Source: Clostridiales bacterium (GTDB lineage: Bacteria; Bacillota; Clostridia; Oscillospirales; QAMX01). Taken from it: a stretch of 64,000 nucleotides of DNA. A program made the position numbers and the translations under genes. The notes under the pieces are model-generated. The model ran no database searches. It saw only the letters and a list, made by a program, of their open reading frames with translations, and was not told the DNA's origin. Shown here one piece after another: positions 1 through 8,507 of the stretch. Location of the stretch: positions 24,835-88,834 of the forward strand of contig JAEDMJ010000001.1 of the NCBI GenBank assembly GCA_016303065.1. The letters are read 5' to 3'. Positions within the stretch are counted from its first letter, which is position 1, and the number at the start of each line of letters is the position of its first letter.

Positions 1-1
1 A

Positions 2-697
2 TCATTCCTTGAGTTCAAATTTATATCCGACGCCCCAGACGGTCTTCAGCGTCCATTTGTCGCTCACGTTCTTGAGCTTCTCTCTGAGGCGCTTTACGTG
101 GACGTCGACGGTGCGTGTGTCGCCGAAGTATTCAAATCCCCAAACCTGATCGAGAAGCTGGTCCCTTGTATAGACCCTGTTGGCGTTCTTTGCGAGGAAG
201 AAGAGAAGCTCGATCTCCTTGGGCGGAATGTCCATGGGCTGGCCGTCGACAATGAGCTGATAAGAGTCCATGTTTATGACGAGCTTGTCCAGAACGATGC
301 ACTTGTCGTTGGACGCATTAGGCTCCGCGGGCATATAGCGTCTGAGCACGGCGTTCACCCGCGCGACGACCTCGGGCATCTCAAAGGGCTTGACGATATA
401 GTCGTCCGCGCCAAGCTCAAGCCCGGTGACCTTGTCGGCAGTTTCACCTCTTGCGGTCAGCATAATGATCGGCACCGTGGATTCCTTGCGGATGCTGTGG
501 CACACCTCCCAGCCGTCCAGACCGGGCATCATTATGTCGAGAAGGACGATGTCGGGCTTTGCAACGCGGAATTTTACGAGCGCTTCTCCGCCGTTTGAGG
601 CAGTTTCGACCTCAAACCCTTCTTTGGTCATATACAGCTTCAAAAGCTCAAGTATATTTGCGTCGTCTTCGGCAATAAGCATTCTGCGGTTTGCCAT
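2..697 (-). CDS. OmpR/PhoB-family two-component response regulator (receiver + winged-helix DNA-binding domain)
   Basis: Translation shows the receiver motif (LIAEDD...DIVLLDIMMPGLDGWEV...IIMLTARGE) and a C-terminal winged helix (TRTVDVHVKRLREKL...VWGVGYKF). The ORF runs to 715, but GGGAGG sits 8 nt upstream of the ATG at 697, so start is MANRRMLIAEDD. Stop codon at 2..4. No cognate histidine kinase is in the window; it would lie beyond the left edge. Confidence 0.85.
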   Translation of the reverse strand: MANRRMLIAEDDANILELLKLYMTKEGFEVETASNGGEALVKFRVAKPDIVLLDIMMPGLDGWEVCHSIRKESTVPIIMLTARGETADKVTGLELGADDYIVKPFEMPEVVARVNAVLRRYMPAEPNASNDKCIVLDKLVINMDSYQLIVDGQPMDIPPKEIELLFFLAKNANRVYTRDQLLDQVWGFEYFGDTRTVDVHVKRLREKLKNVSDKWTLKTVWGVGYKFELKE

Positions 698-786
698 GTG
701 CAATTCCTCCCTCATTGTCTGATTCTATTGATCATATTTGATTATAAACTTCAAAACGCCGATATTCCTAAACACAATGTAAAATT

Positions 787-981
787 TCAGCCGTTTTTGC
801 ACTCCGGCTTTCTGACCGCCCTGACGGAAGCCTCCGCTTTCCGCCGCGGAAGTATAAGCTCCCGTCCGCAGCCGGCGCATCTCAGACGAAAGTCCATTCC
901 GACGCGAAGAACCTCCCATTTTTTCGAGCCGCACGGGTGTTCCTTTTTCATCTCCAGAATGTCTCCAACCTGAATATCCAT
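787..981 (-). CDS. DUF951-family small protein (64 aa)
   Basis: MDIQVGDILEMKKEHPCGSKKWEVLRVGMDFRLRCAGCGRELILPRRKAE matches the conserved DUF951 core, including the CxxC pair. ATG at 979..981; the longer upstream ORF extension has no support. Confidence 0.6.
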   Translation of the reverse strand: MDIQVGDILEMKKEHPCGSKKWEVLRVGMDFRLRCAGCGRELILPRRKAEASVRAVRKPECKNG

Positions 982-1068
982 AATATGACTCCTTTTTTTG
1001 TGCAAAACAAAGCCCGGAAAGGCAAACAATAGCGCTGAATCCCCCCGCGAACAAAAAACAGAGGTGCA

Positions 1069-1407
1069 ATGACGTTTATGAAAACAACCATAAGCGCCGG
1101 CTTTGAAAGCCCGGACCATGCCGGCGCCGCGCTCGGCCGGCTCCGGCGCGCCGGAATACCCCTTTACCGCTGTACGGTCACGGATATATCCCCGGTAAAA
1201 TACCCCCACGGCCCCTGGGAATCAGGAAGCATACGTCTCGGAAGCTATAAAACGCTGTTCCTGTCCCCCCGCGACGGAGACAAGCCGACCGCCGACGTTT
1301 TTGAAAGAGGAAGCCTTTTGACCGTGGAGACCGACCGGGAAAAAGCCGACGACACCCGGCATCTTCTCTGCAACAGCCGCGCCTTTGAAATCAAAGTGCG
1401 GAGCTGA
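1069..1407 (+). CDS. Hypothetical protein (112 aa), possibly general-stress-protein-like
   Basis: Intergenic ORF with high GC3 codon bias consistent with coding. Ribosome-binding site is weak. No recognisable motif. Confidence 0.3.
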   Translation: MTFMKTTISAGFESPDHAGAALGRLRRAGIPLYRCTVTDISPVKYPHGPWESGSIRLGSYKTLFLSPRDGDKPTADVFERGSLLTVETDREKADDTRHLLCNSRAFEIKVRS

Positions 1408-1419
1408 TGCCCGGGCGCG

Positions 1420-2166
1420 TCAAAGCTCAAACACGCTTCCGTCCCGGGCAAGCTCACAGGCAAAGGGAACGCGGCTGCGCAGGATCTCAAACTTTTCCCC
1501 GTTTCTCTTCGGTGAAAAATGATTCACAATCAAAAGCCCCGTGTCCAGACCGCGGAGCTTTTCCGCGGAAACGTCCAGGTCGTTGTGCGCCGCTTCGACA
1601 ACCACCGCATCCCACTTTTCTTTCAGGGCGTGCGCAAGAAACTCCGTCATGTCTCCGCTGATGTCCCCGGAGAACAAAATGCGCTTTTGGCCGGCCGTGA
1701 CGGCAAAAGAATACGCCGGCCTTCCCCTGAGGTGATCCGACGGACGCGCCTCGAGAGAAAATCCTTCTTCCGAAAACACCTGCCCCGCCCCGTAAACCCG
1801 GATCTCCGGAAGCCGGCGGATACCTCCGCCGACGACTTTTATCCATGCGGTCATCGCATCGACTCCCGCCTGCTCGGGAAGGAAGAACGCCGGCGCCGGT
1901 CCACTGTTTCGGAAATAGTTTATATAATCGCCGAGTTCCAAAAGCCCGTTGGCATGGTCCCCGTGCATATGCGTCACAAAGCACGCACGGATGAACTGGG
2001 GGTCGATCCCCTCCCGCACGCAAAGGGCGACAACTGGCGCGCCCGCATCGATCATATACCTTTCTCCGCCGCTCTCAACGATCGCCGAAGAACAGAATCT
2101 GTCCTTTTCGGGAAGCCCGTGGCTCGTCCCCAGAAAGCGGATTTTGACGCTTTGACTTTTGCTCAT
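1420..2166 (-). CDS. MBL-fold metallo-hydrolase
   Basis: THMHGDH motif (HxHxDH) and overall beta-lactamase-fold pattern. 248 aa. Confidence 0.8.
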   Translation of the reverse strand: MSKSQSVKIRFLGTSHGLPEKDRFCSSAIVESGGERYMIDAGAPVVALCVREGIDPQFIRACFVTHMHGDHANGLLELGDYINYFRNSGPAPAFFLPEQAGVDAMTAWIKVVGGGIRRLPEIRVYGAGQVFSEEGFSLEARPSDHLRGRPAYSFAVTAGQKRILFSGDISGDMTEFLAHALKEKWDAVVVEAAHNDLDVSAEKLRGLDTGLLIVNHFSPKRNGEKFEILRSRVPFACELARDGSVFEL

Positions 2167-2373
2167 ATGGCTCCGTACCCCCTGTATTGCAAATATTATC
2201 CAAGTTTATTATATCATTCCCGCCGCCGGTTTTCAACAGAAAACCCAGGCGGCAGTTTTTTCTTTTTTCGCAAAAAAACGTCTTTGCTCTTGAAATTATT
2301 TGCCGAAACTGATATCATTAAGAGAGGGGCTCCCCCTGAAACAATATTGGATATAAAAGGACAGGCGAACACA

Positions 2374-3393
2374 ATGAAAAAATACAGGGCTGCCGTCGTC
2401 GGCTGCGGCGTGATATCAAAAAACCACATCAACGCTCTTCAGAACAGCGCTCTCGCAGAGCTTGTCTCCGTGTGCGACATTGTCCCGGAACGCGCGGCAG
2501 CGGCAGGCGAAAAGGCCGGCTGCCGCTATTATACCGATCTTGCCAAAATGATAGAAGAGGAAAAGCCGGATTCCCTTCACATCTGTCTTCCCCACTATCT
2601 CCACTCCAAAGCCGCCATATACGCGATGGAACACGGCCTCTGGGCGCTGAGCGAAAAGCCGATGGACGCCTTTCTCCCGGCGGCGCGCGAAATGGCCGCG
2701 GTCTCCGAGAAAACCGGCATGCGCCTCGGCGTTATTTTCCAGAACCGCTATAACCCCGGCAGCGTTTTCGCGAAAAAGCTGATCGAAAGCGGCGAAGCCG
2801 GTCGCGTCATCTCCCTGACCGGCATTGTGTGCTGGCACAGGGACGAACCGTATTACGCCCAGAAATGGAGAGCGGACTACTCCACCGCCGGCGGCGGAGT
2901 GCTTATAAACCAGGCGATACACACGCTCGACCTCATCCGCTGGCTCTCCGGCTCCGACGTTGCCTCCGTCAAAGCCACCGCATCCCACCACGGACTCACC
3001 AGCGCCCGCGTCGAAGACACGGCCGAAGGCTTTATTATCTTTGCGAACGGCGCCACGGGACTTTTCTGGTTCACGATCAACGACTCCCTCGACCGGGACG
3101 TCACGGTCACGGTGAAGTGCGAAAACTGCGAGATCCGGCTTGTCCGCGACTCTGCCACCGCCGTCTTCAACGACGGAAGAGTTCTTGAAAGCGGACGCGA
3201 CACCCGTCCCTCCGTCAGCGCAAAGAGCTGCTACGGCAACAGCCACGATATACAGATTGAAGAGTTCTACGGCGACCCCGACGGAAGCCTTGTCCGCGCC
3301 GGCGTCCGCGAAGCGCTCAAGACCCAGGAGCTCCTTGCCGATATATTCGACTGCGCCGCAAAGACAAATCCGGCCATCCCCGAAATGAGGTAA
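2374..3393 (+). CDS. Gfo/Idh/MocA-family NAD(P)-dependent oxidoreductase
   Basis: N-terminal Rossmann motif AAVVGCGVISKNH and the family-typical EKPMD motif. Start trimmed to the ATG at 2374 (AAAAGGACAGG upstream), because the 5' part of the long ORF is antisense to the MBL gene. Confidence 0.85.
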   Translation: MKKYRAAVVGCGVISKNHINALQNSALAELVSVCDIVPERAAAAGEKAGCRYYTDLAKMIEEEKPDSLHICLPHYLHSKAAIYAMEHGLWALSEKPMDAFLPAAREMAAVSEKTGMRLGVIFQNRYNPGSVFAKKLIESGEAGRVISLTGIVCWHRDEPYYAQKWRADYSTAGGGVLINQAIHTLDLIRWLSGSDVASVKATASHHGLTSARVEDTAEGFIIFANGATGLFWFTINDSLDRDVTVTVKCENCEIRLVRDSATAVFNDGRVLESGRDTRPSVSAKSCYGNSHDIQIEEFYGDPDGSLVRAGVREALKTQELLADIFDCAAKTNPAIPEMR

Positions 3394-3400
3394 TACATAA

Positions 3401-4267
3401 ATGCTCCCCAGGATTGCAGTAATCCCAAACACCACAAAAGATCTTTCCGGAGCCCCGGCAAAGAAGCTTTTCAAAAGGCTCCTTGCCGGGAGTTCTTCCG
3501 TGTTTTTACCGGAAGACACGGAGGAATTTTTTCCCTGGCTTTGTGACAAATCCGTCCGCTTTCTTCCCGAAGCCCGGCTTTTCGGCAGCGCGGATATAAT
3601 CTTTGTTCTCGGCGGGGACGGCTCCGTCATCGACGCTGCGCGCCGCGCCGCGGTTTACGGCGTCCCCATGACGGGCGTAAACTTCGGAACCGTCGGGTAC
3701 CTCTCCGAAATCGGCATCGACGAGCTTGAGCTCGTGGACAAGGTCCTCTCCGGCAATTACACCGTCGAAGACCGCGTCATGCTCGACATAGAGATACGAA
3801 GCGAAGAAACAGTCCGCAGCATCACCGCTTTGAACGAAGCCTCCCTCACCAACGGGCCGATCACCCGGCTCATGGACATTGAACTCTGCTGCAACGGCGT
3901 CCCTGTGGAAGTCTGCCGCGCAAACGGCCTCGTCATCGCCACGCCCACCGGCTCGACCGGATACTCCATGTCCGCCGGAGGGCCCGTGCTGGATCCAACG
4001 CTCGACTGTCTGTGCATCACGCCCGTCTGTTCCCATCTTCTCCGGAACCGCCCCTTCATTCTGAGCGGCGGTTCGGAACTGGACCTTCGGAATATCCGCT
4101 GCGAAGGGAACACGATTTACCTCTCATCCGACGGACGCGACGTCGTCGAGCTCTCCCCCTCCACAACCATACGCATACGCCGCAGCCAAACCGTGACACG
4201 CCTCATCCGCGCAAAATCCGACGGATTTCTCGGCGTGCTTAACCGAAAAATGTGGGCGCAGAAATAG
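3401..4267 (+). CDS. nadK: NAD(+) kinase
   Basis: GGDGSVIDAARRAA...NFGTVGYLSEI...ATPTGSTGYSMSAGGP matches the NAD kinase GGDG and NE/D motifs. 288 aa. Confidence 0.88.
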   Translation: MLPRIAVIPNTTKDLSGAPAKKLFKRLLAGSSSVFLPEDTEEFFPWLCDKSVRFLPEARLFGSADIIFVLGGDGSVIDAARRAAVYGVPMTGVNFGTVGYLSEIGIDELELVDKVLSGNYTVEDRVMLDIEIRSEETVRSITALNEASLTNGPITRLMDIELCCNGVPVEVCRANGLVIATPTGSTGYSMSAGGPVLDPTLDCLCITPVCSHLLRNRPFILSGGSELDLRNIRCEGNTIYLSSDGRDVVELSPSTTIRIRRSQTVTRLIRAKSDGFLGVLNRKMWAQK

Positions 4268-4298
4268 CGTTTTCACTTTTATCGGTTAAATTTGCCAA

Positions 4299-4327
4299 TT
4301 TACAAAGCTAAATCGCAGTGCTATAAT
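4299..4327 (+). promoter_or_regulatory. Sigma-A-like promoter with extended -10 upstream of nfnAB
   Basis: -35 TTTACA (4299..4304), 17-nt spacer, TGcTATAAT (4319..4327). Lies about 30 nt upstream of the AGGGAGG ribosome-binding site of 4359. Confidence 0.5.
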
Positions 4328-4358
4328 AATTTATTATTTCACTAAAGGGAGGCTTCCC

Positions 4359-5195
4359 ATGTATAAGATCCTCGAGAAGGAGAGTCTGAATCCGACCGTC
4401 ACAAAGATGGTCGTCGAAGCTCCGCTCATCGCCGCACACGCCGAGCCGGGGCAGTTCATCATTCTCCGGGCCGCTCCCGACGGAGAACGCATTCCACTCA
4501 CCATTGCGGATTACGACCGCGAACGCGGCACTGTGACCATAATATTCCAGATCGTCGGAGCAACGACGATGGTTCTCAACTCCCTGAACGCCGGCGACTG
4601 CATCCCCGACTTTACCGGGCCGCTGGGCCGTCCCACACAGACCGAGGGGCTGCGCCGCGTTGCCGTCGTGGGCGGCGGCGTCGGCTGTGCCATCGCCTAT
4701 CCGGTGGCGAAAAAGCTTTCCAAGGGCGGCTGCACCGTTCACAGCATCGTCGGGTTCCGCTCCAAAGACCTCGTCATTCTTGAAAAAGAGTTTGAATCCG
4801 CTTCCGCCGTCATGAAAAAGATGAGCGACGACGGAAGCTGGGGCGAAAAGGGACTCGTCACCGACGCGCTCAGAGCGCTTATCGAGTCCGGCGAACAGTA
4901 CGACGAGGTCATCGCCATCGGACCGCTCATCATGATGAAATTTGTCTGCGCGCTGACCCGCGAGTTCGGCATCCACACCGTCGTCAGCATGAACCCCATA
5001 ATGATCGACGGCACCGGAATGTGCGGCGGCTGCCGTCTCTCCGTGGGCGGAAAGACCGTTTTCGCCTGTGTCGACGGCCCCGAATTTGACGGACACCAGG
5101 TCGATTTTGACGAGGCGATGCGCCGCGGCGCAATGTACCGTCCGGCCGAAGCCGCGGCGCGGGAAAAGACCTGTCAGCTGCTTGCCGGAAAATGA
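4359..5195 (+). CDS. nfnA: NfnA / SudB-like FAD/NAD(P)-binding ferredoxin reductase subunit with C-terminal 2Fe-2S motif
   Basis: Ferredoxin-NADP-reductase-like fold with a C-terminal Cys cluster (MCGGCRLSVGGKTVFACVDGPEF). 4-nt overlap with the downstream GltD-like gene. Confidence 0.75.
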   Translation: MYKILEKESLNPTVTKMVVEAPLIAAHAEPGQFIILRAAPDGERIPLTIADYDRERGTVTIIFQIVGATTMVLNSLNAGDCIPDFTGPLGRPTQTEGLRRVAVVGGGVGCAIAYPVAKKLSKGGCTVHSIVGFRSKDLVILEKEFESASAVMKKMSDDGSWGEKGLVTDALRALIESGEQYDEVIAIGPLIMMKFVCALTREFGIHTVVSMNPIMIDGTGMCGGCRLSVGGKTVFACVDGPEFDGHQVDFDEAMRRGAMYRPAEAAAREKTCQLLAGK

Positions 5196-6601
5196 GCGGA
5201 GGAAAAAACATGCCCAATATGAGTCCCGTTAAAAATCCGATGCCCCACCAGGCGGCGGATGAAAGAAAAAACAATTTTCGCGAGGTCGCCCTCGGCTACA
5301 CTGCGGAGATCGCAAAGGACGAGGCCCGGCGCTGCCTCAACTGCAAAAACAAGCCCTGCGTCAAGGGCTGCCCAGTACATATCGATATCCCGTCGTTTCT
5401 CTGCCGCGCCGCGGAGGGCGATTTTGACGGAGCCTACGCCGTCATCGCCGCGTCGTCTTCCCTTCCCGCCGTCTGCGGACGCGTCTGCCCCCAGGAGTCC
5501 CAGTGCGAGGCGTTCTGCACACGCGGCATAAAGGGCGAAGCCGTCGCCATAGGCCGTGTCGAGCGCTTTGTCGCCGACAGACACAGCGAAAGCTCCGCCG
5601 CCGCTCCCGCCCGCCCGGAACCCAACGGCCACCGCGTTGCAATCGTGGGCTCCGGCCCCGCCGGACTGACCTGCGCCGGAGACCTGGCGAAGCTCGGCTA
5701 TGAGGTTTCCGTGTTTGAAGCGCTCCACGTTGCCGGAGGCGTGCTCGTCTACGGCATCCCCGAATTCAGACTTCCCAAAGACATAGTCAGACGCGAGATC
5801 GCCTCCCTTGAAGCGCTCGGCGTGAAGATCATGACCGATTCCGTCATCGGACGGCTTCTCTCAATCGACGAGCTCTTTGCCGACGGCTTTGAAGCCGTCT
5901 TTATCGGCACCGGCGCCGGTCTTCCCCGCTTCATGGGTATCCCCGGCGAAAACCTCAACGGCGTCAGCTCCGCAAACGAATTCCTGACCCGCATCAACCT
6001 TATGAAAGCCTACCGCGAAGACTCCTCCACACCGGTCCAACGCGCCGGGCGCGTCGCCGTTGTCGGCGGCGGAAACGTCGCCATGGACGCCGCCCGCTGC
6101 GCTCTGCGTCTCGGTGCAAAGGAGGTCAGCATCGTCTACCGCCGCGGCGAAGAAGAGCTCCCCGCCAGAGCCGAAGAGATCGCCCACGCCAGGGAGGAAG
6201 GCATCGTGTTCCGCCTTCTGACAAACCCGGTCGAGATCCTCGGAAACGAACGCGGCGAGGTCGTCGGAATGCGCTGCGTGAAGATGGGTCTCGGCGAGCC
6301 CGACGCATCCGGAAGACGCAAACCGATCCAGATCGACGGAAGCGATTTTGAAATTCCCCTCGACAGCGTCATTATGGCCATCGGCACTTCCCCCAATCCC
6401 CTTATCAAAAACACGACCTCCGGTCTTGACACCACCAAATTCGGCGGTATCGTGACCGACGACTCCGGCGTCACCACCCGTCCCGGCGTCTTTGCGGGGG
6501 GCGACGCCGTCACCGGCGCCGCAACGGTCATTTTGGCCATGGGCGCAGGAAAAACCGCCGCAAAGTCCATTGACGAATATATCCGCTCAAAGGCAGACTG
6601 A
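5192..6601 (+). CDS. nfnB: NfnB / homotetrameric glutamate-synthase-small-subunit-like (GltD-like) NADPH oxidoreductase with 2x[4Fe-4S]
   Basis: N-terminal CLNCKNKPCVKGCP...CPQESQCEAFC ferredoxin motifs, then FAD/NAD Rossmann motifs (VAIVGSGPAGL, VAVVGGGNVAMD). 469 aa. Confidence 0.8.
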   Translation: MSGGKNMPNMSPVKNPMPHQAADERKNNFREVALGYTAEIAKDEARRCLNCKNKPCVKGCPVHIDIPSFLCRAAEGDFDGAYAVIAASSSLPAVCGRVCPQESQCEAFCTRGIKGEAVAIGRVERFVADRHSESSAAAPARPEPNGHRVAIVGSGPAGLTCAGDLAKLGYEVSVFEALHVAGGVLVYGIPEFRLPKDIVRREIASLEALGVKIMTDSVIGRLLSIDELFADGFEAVFIGTGAGLPRFMGIPGENLNGVSSANEFLTRINLMKAYREDSSTPVQRAGRVAVVGGGNVAMDAARCALRLGAKEVSIVYRRGEEELPARAEEIAHAREEGIVFRLLTNPVEILGNERGEVVGMRCVKMGLGEPDASGRRKPIQIDGSDFEIPLDSVIMAIGTSPNPLIKNTTSGLDTTKFGGIVTDDSGVTTRPGVFAGGDAVTGAATVILAMGAGKTAAKSIDEYIRSKAD

Positions 6602-6632
6602 GTTTTTTTCACACCGCCAAAACGCAATATAA

Positions 6633-6678
6633 AACACCGGAGCAGGCTTATTAAAAACCTGCTCCGGTGTTTTTATCT
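6633..6678. terminator. Bidirectional rho-independent terminator between convergent nfnB and HD gene
   Basis: Perfect stem AAAACACCGGAGCAGG / CCTGCTCCGGTGTTTT flanked by A-run and T-run. Confidence 0.7.
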
Positions 6679-6788
6679 GAAAAACAGTATTTTTTCCGTT
6701 CTGCCGGGCAATCTATGTATCTGCCGGACAATTCATGTACAGCATTTTAACTTTACTGCCCTTTGCTGCCAAATAAAGTTTATTTGCT

Positions 6789-8486
6789 TTACAAAATCCC
6801 GCGTTCTTCAAGCTCCGCTTCCGCCGCTTTTATTCCGTCCGCTTCTTTCAGTGAGACAAAAAGCTTGTTTCGGTCAAATGCAATGCCGTATCTTTCAAGC
6901 ACTCGGACCGCGGCAACGCTTACAAACGGAAGCTCCTTTCCGGCATAAACATAGGCGTTCCAGGAATGGTTGGCAAAAGCTCCGGCCCAGTCATTCAGAT
7001 CCACGATCTCTGAGATGGGGACAAGCCGCCCGTCTCCCGACGCAACGAGCGAATCGGTGAAGTCCTTTGCCATCTTGAGCTTCGGCACAACGGCGTGCAC
7101 GGAGTACCTCTCCAGGGGGGGCTTTCCAAGCTTTCCGAGAAGGAAGTTCGTCTCTTCGAGAACCTCGCCTCTCAGATCCTGTATGCTCCGGAGCGTGTCC
7201 GCCAGCGCGGCGATCGAAAGCTCCGGTTTTCCGACCCCGGCCACGGAAACCACGTTTCCGAAATTTACGACAAGCGCTTTTTTGGGAAGCCTCCTTGCGA
7301 AGATGTCCCCGACCACATCCGAAAGCGTCAGAGCGGAACCCACGTGTATTTTCTTCCGGGAAAGCGCCACCTGCCGCTCCGGATCGTCCTGAGCCGAAAG
7401 GCAGGTTATGTCGTCGTCGCACCAGTAGAGGAATTCGCAGGGGGTTCGGAGCTTTCCGTTGCACTGCAAACCCTCCACGACGTCCGCCACGAGCGACTCC
7501 GTCGCCATGACCTTCTGATGCCTGTATATGTGCCGCGTCAGCTGGAGCTTGCTGAAGACCATCTCCTCCACCGTGGAAATTCCCGAGCTGGCAACGGTGA
7601 GATAGAGTCCGGTGATCCCCTCCGAACGGTATTCTGCCATTCGGAGCTTATAGAGAAAACGGTCGATGTGATACGAAAGGGCAATGCCCGTGGCATAGCT
7701 GTCCCGGCGAAGATAGTCCAGAGAGTCCGCGTCAAACTGCCCGTTTATAAGCTGGGTCATGTAATAGTCGCATTCCCGTTCTCCCGAATCCGGATCGATG
7801 CGCGGCTCAAGATACGCGCCGACGATCATCCGTCCGATATCCGAAAGAAGCTCCTTCGCCGTTTCTCCCTCGCCGAACGGATAGCCGCTTTCGCGCTCCA
7901 TAAATCCGGCAAAGCTGGGAGTGTTGATTATCATATAGCCCAGTATCTCGTGCGGCTGCGCCGAACGGAAAATTCCGAACTTCTCTCTCAGCGCGGCAAA
8001 CTCCGGCATCACACCGTAAGCCGACTCCGACACATGGGAGAAAAAGCAGTGCCCCACGTCGTGAAGCAGGGCCGCCATTCTGAGCTTGTATATGTTCCCG
8101 TCCGGGATGAGGCGCTTTTTCTTTCTTGCGCTCAGGTTTTCGTCCTGGTTGATGCTGGAGATCATTTTTGAAAGCACGGCGGCAACGCCGAGAGTGTGCT
8201 CAAAGCGCGAATGCTGCGCAGAGGGATACGTCATCTCCGCAAGACCGAGCTGATTGATGCGCCTCAGACGCTGCAAAAGCGGAGAGTCAATAACGCGCAG
8301 CTCCCAGGGATAGAAAGTCACCGTTCCCCAGACGCAGTCGTGTATCACCTTGCCTGCGCCATAGTCCGAAGGACGGTAGCCTTTCAAAAGGCTCGAAACG
8401 AACTTTTCGGCTCCGTCTGCGAAATTTTCACAGATCCGGTCTCTTTCAAATTCCGAATTCCCGCCCGGATACGCCGTCATTGTCAC
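6789..8486 (-). CDS. SAMHD1/dGTPase-like HD-domain dNTP triphosphohydrolase with C-terminal extension (565 aa)
   Basis: KVIHDCVWGTVTFYPWELRVIDSPLLQRLRRINQLG...HSRFEHTLGV...LLHDVGHCFFSH closely parallels the SAMHD1/Dgt HD motifs (H...HD...D). GGAGGTG ribosome-binding site 5 nt upstream. About 100-150 aa of extra C-terminal sequence of unknown function. Confidence 0.7.
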   Translation of the reverse strand: MTMTAYPGGNSEFERDRICENFADGAEKFVSSLLKGYRPSDYGAGKVIHDCVWGTVTFYPWELRVIDSPLLQRLRRINQLGLAEMTYPSAQHSRFEHTLGVAAVLSKMISSINQDENLSARKKKRLIPDGNIYKLRMAALLHDVGHCFFSHVSESAYGVMPEFAALREKFGIFRSAQPHEILGYMIINTPSFAGFMERESGYPFGEGETAKELLSDIGRMIVGAYLEPRIDPDSGERECDYYMTQLINGQFDADSLDYLRRDSYATGIALSYHIDRFLYKLRMAEYRSEGITGLYLTVASSGISTVEEMVFSKLQLTRHIYRHQKVMATESLVADVVEGLQCNGKLRTPCEFLYWCDDDITCLSAQDDPERQVALSRKKIHVGSALTLSDVVGDIFARRLPKKALVVNFGNVVSVAGVGKPELSIAALADTLRSIQDLRGEVLEETNFLLGKLGKPPLERYSVHAVVPKLKMAKDFTDSLVASGDGRLVPISEIVDLNDWAGAFANHSWNAYVYAGKELPFVSVAAVRVLERYGIAFDRNKLFVSLKEADGIKAAEAELEERGIL

Positions 8487-8507
8487 ACCTCCGCTCCCGC
8501 TTTCCGA

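Noticed and set aside
1519-2373. 5' 285 codons of the long plus-strand ORF 1519..3393
   Set aside because: This part is antisense to the MBL-fold hydrolase gene. The real Gfo/Idh/MocA gene starts at the ATG at 2374, which has a ribosome-binding site.
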